From Candidatus Kapaibacterium sp. (GTDB taxonomy: Bacteria > Bacteroidota > Ignavibacteria > Kapaibacteriales > NICIL-2), in assembly GCA_046297095.1 (NCBI GenBank), contig JBKCNS010000022.1:153175-217174 (forward strand): 64,000 nt of DNA, read 5' to 3'. Below the pieces are notes generated by a model. The model was not told the DNA's origin, did no database searches, and saw nothing but the letters and a program-made list of their open reading frames with translations. The translations under genes were made by a program, and so were the position numbers. Below, in pieces: positions 30,911 to 40,440 of the stretch. The stretch's first letter is position 1; each line of letters starts with the position of its first letter.

Positions 30911-31405
30911 CTATCGCGAGATCACTATTCGTATGGCCGAACGAAAATTGCTCCCCTGAGCGGCTACAATATACACCCCGTTGGGTATGTCGCGAATGGT
31001 GTACACCGCTTCTTTCATTTCGCCTTCGCTGAAGGTGGCGTGGTCCAGGTCCTTCACTTTTTTTCCGAGGATGTTATACACCGCAATGTCGACAACCTGC
31101 TCTTCAGCCAGGCTCAGCCATAGCTTGAGCAAGTTGTAGTCGTCCGAAACGGAAAAAGCTTTGATGGCTGATTCTTTTCTGGAAGTGTCGGAGAGAGCTC
31201 TTGGTGATGCAGTTCGACGCTGCGTTTCGTAGGTTGGGCCGTTAACCGCCGCTTGCGATCCATGATTATCCGAACCTACTACTCGAGCTGCATAGGTCCA
31301 CCTGCGCGCGAACTCCGTGGCTCTCTCGAATGTCTGGGCGCTTGTCTCCGCTGCGCAGATAACACACAGTACAGACATCGTTATGGAGAGACTGGCAATT
31401 CGCAT
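30911..31405 (-). CDS. Small secreted protein consisting essentially of a signal peptide, a ~70-aa low-complexity linker and a T9SS CTD
   Basis: The start is taken at the second Met of the 30911..31429 ORF. Signal peptide MRIASLSITMSVLCVICAAETSAQ. The C-terminal 80 aa ...NGVYIVAAQGSNFRSAIRIVISR is a T9SS CTD. Confidence 0.7.
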   Translation of the reverse strand: MRIASLSITMSVLCVICAAETSAQTFERATEFARRWTYAARVVGSDNHGSQAAVNGPTYETQRRTASPRALSDTSRKESAIKAFSVSDDYNLLKLWLSLAEEQVVDIAVYNILGKKVKDLDHATFSEGEMKEAVYTIRDIPNGVYIVAAQGSNFRSAIRIVISR

Positions 31406-31536
31406 GATGCTGATACAATTGATGATCAATCTTTTACGACCGATTCACGCGCAATATAGGTGCTACAGGGACCGCATCGTGTTACAACAAGAGCTTTGTG
31501 GCACTGATTAACACGGTTTAACGCAATTCCTATTCG

Positions 31537-33165
31537 CTACACACCTGTAGTTTTCTTGGCACGACGCTGTGCCTTGATAACTTCAGGGTCCAACCCAATC
31601 TGCAAGGCCAGCTTGTTGATTGATTCATCATCAAGCGGCAATATTCTGGCAGAGCCTTGATCTTGTTCCTCGGCGGCTACATTCAACGCGCCGGAATTGC
31701 TCTCGGCGCTTTGCACATTCTCCGATGCTGTCTTCAACACTGTGCCACCACTTGTCTGCGGCGGAGTGTCACTGTTTAAGATTGCATTGGTCAACGTAGG
31801 CTTATCAGCAACGGGAGGTACCTTCGGCAGAGCAGCAAGCTCAGCACGACGCTTCTCGGCTGCTCGCTCACGGGCAGCATAAAATGCTTCGCTGAAATCA
31901 AACAGTTCATCGGGCGGTTCTTCAGCTTTGGTTGTAGTGCTCGAATCCGTTTCCGTATTTGGTTGCTTCGTTGATGCAGACGACATCTCCTGAGCTTTAT
32001 ACCGGGCAGCAGCCACATGTTCCTGCATAGCCATAGCCGAGTGTAAATCGCTTTGAAAATCCGGTGGTATATTTTCTGAGCCGGCGCCAGAAGCGACCGC
32101 GTTGTGCACCATGCGTTGTTGCTTCCGCCAGCGCAGATAACTGCGAGTAAAAAACACGGCCACTAAAGCAATTGCTGCAGCAAGTCCAAGAAGGAATGTC
32201 ATCACTCCGTCGGGTAGCCCCACAGAAGGCGCTGTGTTTTTAGCAGGCGATGTTGCCGGAGATGATCCTTGTAATGTGCGTAATTGTTGCACCAATGCTT
32301 CTTCTCTGTCCGACGAGGATTTTAAAGCCGTATCGGAGTTCGCTACTGTTTCGCCCGCGTTAGAAGATTGCTCCTCCATTTCCAGCAGCGAAATCGGCTC
32401 CTCGCTAACGTTTGGTACATCGCTGAGCTCGATGCTCTCCGAGCCGTAGGAAGGCAATCGTTTGAAAGTCTTCATGAACACATTTTCGTACTCACGTGCC
32501 TTCATCTCGTTGTTCTTGCTTTTTTCCAACGAGGCCAACGCGCCGTAGATATCCGCATAAGAACTTTTTCGCGAAAGCGCACGCTCCAGTATTACTGCGG
32601 CTTCCGAGGTTTTACCGGCTAAGCTGTACAGAAATCCCAAGAACGCGGTACCGTCCGGATGGCCCGATTGTTCGGCTGTTTGAAAGTATGATCGAGCAAT
32701 GTCAAATGCGCCATTTTGCCAGGCAAGTAAGCCGCTTCTGTAGGCGTTCTCTGAAGCACTGAGGGTGTTCCATTTAAAGAAGTCTACGGAGATAGATTGC
32801 GAATAAGGCATGCGAACGGCTGTAAAACCGGCCGTGTCGCGAAGGTCGGCAATGATTACTGCGTCCTTGCCGTTCTGGCGCACGAAGGCAGTCTGCAACA
32901 AGCCTTTGGCGCTGTTCACCTCACGATTTTCCATACCTACTTGAGCGTTCTTTACCGTGATAATCACCTTGCGTTTATCGCCGGAGAGCACGGATTGAAA
33001 ACTCACCTTATCGGCGGTTGTGGTTAGCACCAAATGATCGGGAGAACCCAATAGGGCACCGGTAAGCTTGGAATCTTGGGCGTGCGCAACCGACAACGCT
33101 GCCACTATACAAAGAAAGGGCAGAGCAATGCGGAGCGAGACGCGATACAAACCTTTATGCTGCAT
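31537..33165 (-). CDS. Hypothetical TPR-containing membrane-anchored protein
   Basis: Signal peptide MQHKGLYRVSLRIALPFLCIVAALSVAHAQ. A TPR-like region (...AYRSGLLAWQNGAFDIARSYFQTAEQSG...) and one internal TM helix (VMTFLLGLAAAIALVAVFF) are present. The ORF extends upstream to 33258. Confidence 0.6.
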   Translation of the reverse strand: MQHKGLYRVSLRIALPFLCIVAALSVAHAQDSKLTGALLGSPDHLVLTTTADKVSFQSVLSGDKRKVIITVKNAQVGMENREVNSAKGLLQTAFVRQNGKDAVIIADLRDTAGFTAVRMPYSQSISVDFFKWNTLSASENAYRSGLLAWQNGAFDIARSYFQTAEQSGHPDGTAFLGFLYSLAGKTSEAAVILERALSRKSSYADIYGALASLEKSKNNEMKAREYENVFMKTFKRLPSYGSESIELSDVPNVSEEPISLLEMEEQSSNAGETVANSDTALKSSSDREEALVQQLRTLQGSSPATSPAKNTAPSVGLPDGVMTFLLGLAAAIALVAVFFTRSYLRWRKQQRMVHNAVASGAGSENIPPDFQSDLHSAMAMQEHVAAARYKAQEMSSASTKQPNTETDSSTTTKAEEPPDELFDFSEAFYAARERAAEKRRAELAALPKVPPVADKPTLTNAILNSDTPPQTSGGTVLKTASENVQSAESNSGALNVAAEEQDQGSARILPLDDESINKLALQIGLDPEVIKAQRRAKKTTGV

Positions 33166-33289
33166 AGGATTGCGTGGATGGTCTCGTTGAACCGCGGGCA
33201 AGATACGAAAAAGAGCTGCGCGTCCAACATTACAGCCGGGCAGCTGAATGCATGGCAAGCACGAACGAAGTAATGACCGTATTGAATTG

Positions 33290-33363
33290 TATCCCCGAGA
33301 GGACTTGAACCTCCGACACCAAGTTTAGGAAACTTGTGTTCTATCCAGCTGAACTACGGGGAC
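33290..33363 (-). tRNA. tRNA-Arg (anticodon CCT)
   Basis: Minus-strand sequence GTCCCCG-TA-GTTC-AGCTGGATA-GAAC-A-CAAGT-TTCCTAA-ACTTG-GTGTC-GGAGG-TTCAAGT-CCTCT-CGGGGAT-A folds into a cloverleaf. The anticodon loop is TTCCTAA. The T-loop TTCAAGT is conserved. CCA is not encoded. Confidence 0.85.
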
Positions 33364-33425
33364 ATTGAAACTGACTGTCGTTGCGTTTGTTACGTCTGCT
33401 ACATCTGCTATGACTGTTCCGTGTG

Positions 33426-33884
33426 CTACCTTTTCTTCTTCGCTGTCGTTTGTGCCCTGACTTTCTCCAATGCTTCGAGAACCCTGTTCTCCTCTTGGTG
33501 CATCCCTTCCCGAAGTTCGGGAGTGGCATCGTCGAAGCCAAGCAAGTGCAATACTCCGTGAATCACCAGGCGAAGAAGTTCCTGCTTGAAACTCACGTTA
33601 TATTCCTTTGCTTGCCGCGCCGCTGTTTCTACACTGATGTAAATCTCGCCGTCAACAGCTTCATCGTCCAGAGGAAATGTGATAACGTCCGTAGCATAGT
33701 CGTGATTCAGAAACTCCACGTTCATCGCACGAATACGACGATCGTTCACCAACACCACAGACACACGCGCCGTGCGGCAGCGGTGCAGGGAGCAGGTGCG
33801 GGTGATCGCTTCGCTGATCGCCGCTCTGGGCACGCGCGGCAATGATGAAGTGTTGTATATGTCTATTTCAATATTCGTGTTCAT
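33426..33884 (-). CDS. ybeY: rRNA maturation endoribonuclease YbeY
   Basis: Histidine triad LVIHGVLHLLGFDD (HxxxHxxxxxH). Confidence 0.9.
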   Translation of the reverse strand: MNTNIEIDIYNTSSLPRVPRAAISEAITRTCSLHRCRTARVSVVLVNDRRIRAMNVEFLNHDYATDVITFPLDDEAVDGEIYISVETAARQAKEYNVSFKQELLRLVIHGVLHLLGFDDATPELREGMHQEENRVLEALEKVRAQTTAKKKR

Positions 33885-34056
33885 GCCCTATACATGGCTG
33901 TACCTAACAGAAACCAAACACAAAAAATGACTAAGCGAGAGTAACGAGAAGCAAGCAAGAATTGCGATGATCTGCGGGCAAATCCGGCGCACATGATAGC
34001 TTCGTTTCTTACGATTTTACCCGCATGAGTGTCTGATGCGTTGCCTTCTCTGACAT

Positions 34057-36504
34057 CTACTTCGTTGCTTTTTTTGTTGCGGCTTTTTTTGCCGGTGCCT
34101 TCTTTGCCGGTGCCTTCTTTGCTGCTGTTTTCTTTGCAGCCGTCTTCTTCGCCGGCGCTTTCTTGGCTGCTGTTTTCTTTGCCGGTGCCTTCTTCGCTGC
34201 TGCCTTTGCGGTGGCGCCTGTCTTGCCGGCCGGTGCATCCTGAGCTGCTATCTGTAAGCAATCTTCCAAGGTCATCACCATCGGATCCGTGCCTTTGGGA
34301 ATGCGATAGTTGTTTTTGCCGATGGCAAGAAACGGACCCCATCTGCCGCGCACAATCTTCACTTCGTCGTTGTCGGGGAAGCTCTTCAAGATGCGGGCAG
34401 CGTCTTTTTCTCGCTTAATATGAACCAGTTCGATTGCGCGAACTGCATCAATGGAGTAGGGGTCGTCCTCTTTAGCAAGCGAAGCAAAGAGCGAGCCCAA
34501 CTGCACGTACGGACCAAAGCGCCCGATGGCAACTTTTAAAGGCAAGCCTTCGTACTCGCCAACAATTCGCGGCAGACGGAAGCAATCCATTGCCTGCTCA
34601 AGGTTCACCGTCTCTAAGGAAAATCCGGAGCGAAGGTTCGCGTATTTCTTGTCCTCGTCGGTGTTTTCGCCTATCTGAACATACGCACCGTAGCGGCCCA
34701 TACGCACATATACATTGCGCTGTGTAGCGGGATCTGTGCCCAGATGACGTTCGCCTGTTTGGCGGCCCGCACCCTCCATTGTCTTTTGCACAACGGAATG
34801 GAATGGTGTGTAGAATTCCTTCAACATTTCATTCCATTGCAACTGACCGCGGGCAATCTCATCGAACTTTTCTTCCACGGCAGCGGTGAAGCCGTAGTCC
34901 ATGATGCCGTCGAAATGTTGAATAAGAAAATCCGTAACGATTATACCGATGTCGGTGGGGAAGAGTTTCGATTTTTCGCTGGCATAGGTTTCAGAATGTA
35001 CTTCCTTGCTAATGGAAGTGCCGCTCAACGTATACACGATTACATCGCGCTGCTTGCCCTCGCGGTCCTCTTTCACCACATAGCCACGCCGCTGAATAGT
35101 AGAGATGGTTGGTGCATAGGTAGATGGACGCCCTATTCCGAGCTCCTCCAAGCGTTTTACCAGCGAGGCCTCGGTGTATCGCGCGGGCGGTCTCGTGAAC
35201 TTCTGCGATGCATTCATTGTTCGCAAAGGCAGGGCCTGACCCACCGACAACGGCGGAAGCATCTTTGCTTCGTCGCTATCGCTGTCCTCGTCTTGTGTCT
35301 CCATATACACCTTCAAGAAGCCGTCGAAGGTTAGCACCTCGCCATTGGCCACCAGGTGCTCAGGGGTAGTGGATATAGAGACAAGGGCGGTGGTTTTTTC
35401 CAGTTGGGCATCGCTCATCTGCGACGCAAGAGCACGCTTGCGGATCAGATCGTACAGGCGGCGTGCGCCGTTATCGCCGTCTACTTCCGTGAGCTCGAAG
35501 TTCGTGGGGCGTATAGCCTCGTGAGCTTCCTGCGCATTGAACGATTTGTTTGTGAATTGTCTGGTTTGCGCATAGCGCTCGCCATAGGCAGAAACAATCT
35601 GAGCACGAGCGGCGTTCAACGCTTCATTGCTCAAATTCACGGAGTCGGTACGCATGTAGGTGATATGACCGGCCTCGTACAACTTTTGCGCAATGGTCAT
35701 CGTTTGCAGAATAGAGAAGCCAAGTTTGCGCGAAGCCTCCTGCTGCAAGGTAGAGGTAGTAAACGGCGCACCGGGCGATTTCTTCCCGGGTTTGGTTTCT
35801 ATGGATGCAATGGAAAAGTCGGCGCCAAGGCAACGCTCCAGAAAGGCCCGCGCATCCTGCTCCGAGTCGTATCGCTTGGGGGCTTCTGCGTTGAGAATTT
35901 TCCCCTGACCTGCGTCGAAGTCTGCCGTGATTTTAAACGAACTTTGGGAATCGAATGCACGAATTTCCTTCTCGCGCTCCACAATAAGCCGCACCGCTAC
36001 CGACTGCACTCTGCCGGCCGAAAGCGAGGGTTTGATTTTACGCCATAGAATGGGGGATACCTCGTATCCTACCAGTCGGTCCAGCACTCTGCGTGCTTGC
36101 TGTGCGTCCACCAAATGCTCGTCGATGGTCCGCGGCTCGGCAATGGCCTTGAGAATCGCTGTTTTTGTTATCTCGTTGAAAACAATGCGCTTGGTGTTTT
36201 CTTTGCGAAGTTTCAATGCTTCGAACAAATGCCAGGAAATTGCCTCTCCCTCACGGTCTTCGTCGCTTGCAAGCCAAACAATTTCAGCATCTTTGGCCAT
36301 TCGTTTGAGCTCATTTACCAAGCGTTCCTTATCGGAGGAAACTTCGTAGTGAGGAATAAACCCGTTTTCAATGTCGATAGCCCCATCGCCTTTAACCAAG
36401 TCTCGAATATGGCCCTGGCACGAACGCACCGTGAAGTCCTTTCCCAGGTACTTCTCAATGGTTTTGGCCTTGGCAGGCGACTCAACAATCACAAGATTCT
36501 TCAC
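34057..36504 (-). CDS. topA: DNA topoisomerase I with a lysine/alanine-rich histone-H1-like C-terminal tail
   Basis: MKNLVIVESPAKAKTIEKYLG Toprim N-terminus. The catalytic Tyr region and zinc-ribbon region are present. The tail reads KAAAKKAPAKKTAAKKAPAKKTAAKKTAAKKAPAKKAPAKKAATKKATK. Confidence 0.95.
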   Translation of the reverse strand: MKNLVIVESPAKAKTIEKYLGKDFTVRSCQGHIRDLVKGDGAIDIENGFIPHYEVSSDKERLVNELKRMAKDAEIVWLASDEDREGEAISWHLFEALKLRKENTKRIVFNEITKTAILKAIAEPRTIDEHLVDAQQARRVLDRLVGYEVSPILWRKIKPSLSAGRVQSVAVRLIVEREKEIRAFDSQSSFKITADFDAGQGKILNAEAPKRYDSEQDARAFLERCLGADFSIASIETKPGKKSPGAPFTTSTLQQEASRKLGFSILQTMTIAQKLYEAGHITYMRTDSVNLSNEALNAARAQIVSAYGERYAQTRQFTNKSFNAQEAHEAIRPTNFELTEVDGDNGARRLYDLIRKRALASQMSDAQLEKTTALVSISTTPEHLVANGEVLTFDGFLKVYMETQDEDSDSDEAKMLPPLSVGQALPLRTMNASQKFTRPPARYTEASLVKRLEELGIGRPSTYAPTISTIQRRGYVVKEDREGKQRDVIVYTLSGTSISKEVHSETYASEKSKLFPTDIGIIVTDFLIQHFDGIMDYGFTAAVEEKFDEIARGQLQWNEMLKEFYTPFHSVVQKTMEGAGRQTGERHLGTDPATQRNVYVRMGRYGAYVQIGENTDEDKKYANLRSGFSLETVNLEQAMDCFRLPRIVGEYEGLPLKVAIGRFGPYVQLGSLFASLAKEDDPYSIDAVRAIELVHIKREKDAARILKSFPDNDEVKIVRGRWGPFLAIGKNNYRIPKGTDPMVMTLEDCLQIAAQDAPAGKTGATAKAAAKKAPAKKTAAKKAPAKKTAAKKTAAKKAPAKKAPAKKAATKKATK
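34085..34215. repeat. Tandem DNA repeats (unit tttgccggtgccttcttt and variants) encoding the AKK(A/T)P-type tail of TopA
   Basis: Direct reading of the plus strand shows about 7 degenerate 15-18 nt units. Confidence 0.6.
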
Positions 36505-36576
36505 GTTGTTTCCTTTGGTATTCGTTGGTTCGGTGGCTCACAATTGCGGGCCGGCGAAACCTGTGTACTCTGCCCT

Positions 36577-36618
36577 AACTCTCAAATCTCAACTCTCAAC
36601 TCTCAACTCTAGACTCTG
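36577..36618. repeat. Heptamer tandem repeat (AACTCTC)x6 between the fur-family gene stop and the topA start
   Basis: Reads aactctc aaatctc aactctc aactctc aactcta gactctg. Confidence 0.7.
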
Positions 36619-36663
36619 TTTTACGTCTATCTTATCGGCCTCAACTTTTCAACTACGCTGTGC

Positions 36664-37185
36664 CTACCTCTGTGCCGATTCCGCCAATAATGCCGTACCA
36701 CCCGATTTTGCGTTGTGTTCGCAGCTGTCGGAATTGCGGCATCGGGCAAAAATTTGCAGCGAATGTTCCTCCGAGAGAAAGCCGTACTTCGATGCAATCT
36801 TTTTCTGTGCAGATTCCACTTCCACGGCATTGAACTCGATGATGTGTCCACAATCACGGCAAATCAAGTGATCATGATGAGGCATTCTGCTGGAAAGCTC
36901 GTAGGTAGCACTGCCGCCTTGAAAGCGATGCTTTACAACCAGTCCGCATCGGGTAAGGAGATCCAGGGTGGAATAGATTGTAGCCCTGGAAACTCTATCG
37001 CCCAAATTGTTCATGTGAACATACAATTCATCGGCACTGAAATGCCTGTCTACCACAGCAATACGCTCCAGAACGCGGAAGCGTTCCTGCGTGTTGCGGT
37101 ACATTTTCTTCTTCAGAAAGTCGGCGAAATCGCGCTTCAAACGCTCAACGTCGACTGCTGCAGAGGTATGTAGAGAGGTGTCCAT
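36664..37185 (-). CDS. Fur-family transcriptional regulator (Fur/Zur/PerR not distinguishable)
   Basis: Winged-helix N-terminus ...RNTQERFRVLERIA.... Metal-binding motifs HHDHLICRDCGHIIEF and C-terminal Cys residues. Confidence 0.85.
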   Translation of the reverse strand: MDTSLHTSAAVDVERLKRDFADFLKKKMYRNTQERFRVLERIAVVDRHFSADELYVHMNNLGDRVSRATIYSTLDLLTRCGLVVKHRFQGGSATYELSSRMPHHDHLICRDCGHIIEFNAVEVESAQKKIASKYGFLSEEHSLQIFARCRNSDSCEHNAKSGGTALLAESAQR

Positions 37186-37494
37186 AAACCGGCGCTGTGT
37201 AGTACCTATAGCGCACGAATATACAAAAGCAAGTATGCCGACAAGGGGAACGAACTATGCACACAAGGTTTGCCCACGCCAAAATTGTTCTCAACATATT
37301 GGTTCACCATGTTCTTTACCGGCATCTTCAACAACCCGTCTTCGCATCGCTTTGCCTCTACCGGCAATAGGGTAGGGAAATACAATCGGGCTACAGTCGT
37401 TATCATGGAAACAAGCAGCGGCAGGCGTAGTTTTGCCGCGGTGCCGCTCAGTGCTACGGCCTTGCTTTGAATCACTTTATCGGAGAATCACACA

Positions 37495-37944
37495 ATGGAT
37501 TTTACCCAGCTTATCAACGACGAAATCAAGAAAGCCATGCTTGGCGGCGAGAAGTTGCGCTTGGAAACCTTGCGTTCCTTGCGTGCCGGTATCATTGAGT
37601 TTGAAAAAAACGGCACGGGAAAAGACTTAGGCGCCGACGACTTTTTGAAGATCGTTTCGAGCAACGTGAAGAAGCGCAAAGATTCCATCGAGCAGTTTAA
37701 AGCGGCCGGCCGCACCGAGCTTATGCAAAAAGAAGAAGCAGAGCTGGCAGTGCTCATGGAGTTCATGCCTCGGCAGTTAAGCGCCGACGATGTTGAAAAA
37801 ACCGTGGCTGAGATTGCAGCGAAGATTTCCGAGCAGGGACCCTGCGATTTCAAAACGTTGATGCCTGCCGTCATGAAAGAACTCAAGGGCAAAGCCGATG
37901 GCGCAGTAATCCAAGCGGCAGTGAAGAAGGCGGTAGGTCAATGA
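37495..37944 (+). CDS. GatB/YqeY domain-containing protein
   Basis: MDFTQLINDEIKKAMLGGEKLRLETLRSLRAGI... is a typical YqeY family sequence. Confidence 0.85.
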   Translation: MDFTQLINDEIKKAMLGGEKLRLETLRSLRAGIIEFEKNGTGKDLGADDFLKIVSSNVKKRKDSIEQFKAAGRTELMQKEEAELAVLMEFMPRQLSADDVEKTVAEIAAKISEQGPCDFKTLMPAVMKELKGKADGAVIQAAVKKAVGQ

Positions 37945-40373
37945 GCGAATACGGGCATTCAGGAGAGTTAGAAAGCAGTGTTAACGGCGGAGTTCCGTCC
38001 ATGAATAGCTTGCATCGATCCCTCAGCGAGCTGGAGCGAGTGTCTCTGCAAGAGCTTGAGTACCCGAAGGTACTCGCGGTAGTGGCACGATATGCTATGT
38101 CTGATCGTGCTAAAGATGCCATCGCAGAGATACTACCATTTTCCGATGCGGAAGAGTTACGCAAGGAGCTTCGCGCCGTTCGCGACATGCTCGGCCTGCT
38201 GCGCGGTGCCGAGACTCTTCCCTTAGAGCACACCGAAGATATCTCCTCGCATCTTTCCCGTTCCGTGATTTCCGGCTCCGCTTTATCGGCACCGCAGATC
38301 ACCGATGTGCTCGATGTACTGCAGATTACCCGCCGTTGCTCATCACATTTGCGTGCGCGCGCAGAAGCCGTGCCGGCGCTTGCCTTGCTGGTTGAAAATA
38401 TCAGCGAACATCGTTTGCTGGAGAAACACATAAGTGATGCCATCGACGAAACAGGCGCCGTGAGGGATACCGCATCCCGAGAGCTGCGCGACATTCGCCA
38501 AGAGATAGTGCGCACTTCAGCCCGCTTACGGCAGCGTCTCACCAAGTTGCTGGGAAAGCTCAACGACGAAGATCTCTTGCAAGATGAATACATCACCCAG
38601 CGCGATGGTCGCTTTGTGGTTCCCTTGAAAACTACCAACAAGCGCGCCCTTCCGGGTATCATTCATGGTGTGTCGCAATCCGGCTCCACGGTATTTCTGG
38701 AGCCCGCCGAAGTATTCGAATTGAATAATGAATTGTCGTTGCTGCATAACGCAGAGCAACGCGAGGTGCTGCGTATTCTCACCACGCTTACGGCAGAGAT
38801 CGGCAGTGTTGCGCACGAGATTCGCATTAACCAAGAAGTTCTCACGCATCTGGACTGTGTGTTTGCGAAGTCGTCGTACGCAGATGCATTCCGCGGCATA
38901 GAGCCCGTGATTGTGGACGATGGCGAGTGTGAGTTGAAAAACGCCGTGCATCCCTTGCTGGCGCATTCTCTGCCGCGTGCAAGCGTGGTGCCGCTAAGCG
39001 TGCGCTTCGACCGCACCACACTTGGATACTTAGTGTCGGGACCAAACGCCGGCGGAAAATCGGTTGCGCTCAAGAGCATTGGCTTGAATATCGCCATGGC
39101 AGTGTCGGGGATTTTTCCCCTTGGCGAGTGCGTAACTACACTGTGCACCTTCCTTGTGTCTATTGGTGATCATCAAAGTATAGAGTCGAATCTATCAACG
39201 TTTTCTTCGCAGATACTTCGGCTTAAGCACATCGTGGATGTGGCGGACAGTCACTCTCTGATTCTGGTGGATGAAATTTGTTCCGGTACCGATCCCGCAG
39301 AGGGCAGTGCTTTGGCCTGCGGTATCATCGACGAATTTCTGCGTACTCACGCCCGCTTCATTGTTACAACGCATCAATCTTCTCTGAAGAGTTACGCGCT
39401 GCAGCGCGAGGGAATTGCCAACGCATCTATGGAGTTCGACTCGCAAAAGCTCATTCCAACGTACCGATTTCTGCCGGGTATTCCCGGGAACTCCTATGCC
39501 TTTGAACTTGCCCGTTCGGTGAGTCTTTCTGCTACGGTTTTGGAAAAAGCCATGGAGTATCTGGGAGATAAACACGGCAATCTGGAAAAGAGCATTGCGA
39601 AGCTTCAGGATTTTGTGCGCGAGACCGAGCAGCGCCTGGCATCTGCACGTGAAGCAGAACAAAAGGCCATTGCGAAGAATAGGGAGTATGAAGAACGGTT
39701 TTCCTCCTTTGCAAAAAAGTATCGCGAACTGATGCGCGCCGCCAACGAAGAAGCCGCCGAAGTGATTCGCAGTGCGTCTGCACAAGTGGAGCGAGCTGTG
39801 CGAGAGGCGCGCGAGCAAACACGTGAACCCAAGGACATACGTGCTGATCTGGAACAACTGCGCGCCGACCTTGCCAAGAAGTTAGAGAAGGAGCGTGTGC
39901 AGCAACGCAAGGACAACAGAACATTCTCTGTGGGAGATACCGTGCGTTTGGAGTCGAGTAATCAATCCGGTGTTATCGTAAAAGTTCAGGATGATGCGGC
40001 GCTGGTGGAGTTCAATGGAATACAGTTTCGCGTAAAGCAAAGCGAGTTGGTGCATACTCAGGATGCGCCTAAAAGATTCAGGTCAGGCTCCGGCTTTGCC
40101 TCGTCTTCACCTGCATTTAGCAAAGCTTCTGTCTCGGCCACTGCCGATCTCCGCGGCATGCGAGCCGGAGAGGCTATTGCCAAATTAGACACACAGATCA
40201 GCGACGCCATTGTTGCCAATATTCCGTACCTCACCGTGATTCACGGCAAGGGTACGGGAGCATTACGCCAGGCCGTGCACGAGTTTCTCCGCGATCATCC
40301 CTCGGTAGCGAACTACCGCATTGGTGCTCAGGGTGAGGGCGATGCAGGAGTAACGCAGGTTGAGCTGCGCTAA
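37941..40373 (+). CDS. mutS2: Endonuclease MutS2 (MutS domain plus C-terminal Smr domain)
   Basis: ATG overlaps the yqeY stop. Walker A GPNAGGKSVALKSIGL; Walker B ILVDEICSGTDPAEG. The C-terminal Smr domain reads ...LTVIHGKGTGALRQAVHEFL.... Confidence 0.9.
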   Translation: MSEYGHSGELESSVNGGVPSMNSLHRSLSELERVSLQELEYPKVLAVVARYAMSDRAKDAIAEILPFSDAEELRKELRAVRDMLGLLRGAETLPLEHTEDISSHLSRSVISGSALSAPQITDVLDVLQITRRCSSHLRARAEAVPALALLVENISEHRLLEKHISDAIDETGAVRDTASRELRDIRQEIVRTSARLRQRLTKLLGKLNDEDLLQDEYITQRDGRFVVPLKTTNKRALPGIIHGVSQSGSTVFLEPAEVFELNNELSLLHNAEQREVLRILTTLTAEIGSVAHEIRINQEVLTHLDCVFAKSSYADAFRGIEPVIVDDGECELKNAVHPLLAHSLPRASVVPLSVRFDRTTLGYLVSGPNAGGKSVALKSIGLNIAMAVSGIFPLGECVTTLCTFLVSIGDHQSIESNLSTFSSQILRLKHIVDVADSHSLILVDEICSGTDPAEGSALACGIIDEFLRTHARFIVTTHQSSLKSYALQREGIANASMEFDSQKLIPTYRFLPGIPGNSYAFELARSVSLSATVLEKAMEYLGDKHGNLEKSIAKLQDFVRETEQRLASAREAEQKAIAKNREYEERFSSFAKKYRELMRAANEEAAEVIRSASAQVERAVREAREQTREPKDIRADLEQLRADLAKKLEKERVQQRKDNRTFSVGDTVRLESSNQSGVIVKVQDDAALVEFNGIQFRVKQSELVHTQDAPKRFRSGSGFASSSPAFSKASVSATADLRGMRAGEAIAKLDTQISDAIVANIPYLTVIHGKGTGALRQAVHEFLRDHPSVANYRIGAQGEGDAGVTQVELR

Positions 40374-40389
40374 GCAGGAGGAGTTGCAT

Positions 40390-40425
40390 GAGCATGAGCT
40401 CGAGTCTGAGCATGAGTTCGAGTCT
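40390..40425. repeat. Perfect-to-1-mismatch tandem 18-nt direct repeat filling the spacer between convergent mutS2 and dprA
   Basis: gagcatgagctcgagtct followed by gagcatgagttcgagtct. The repeat contains SacI/XhoI-type palindromic hexamers. Confidence 0.6.
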
Positions 40426-40440
40426 GATCTCAACCATCGT

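Noticed and set aside
33259-33425. tRNA-Arg as a possible integration site for a mobile element
   Set aside because: No integrase, transposase or phage genes flank the tRNA; the neighbours are a TPR membrane protein and ybeY/topA. I did not observe a direct repeat of the tRNA 3' end nearby.
34017-34342. ORFs encoding poly-Arg/Gln or Glu/Gly-rich peptides (34017..34238 and 33881..34342, minus strand)
   Set aside because: They are alternate frames of the (AKKAP)n repeat at the topA 3' end; the topA frame itself is supported.
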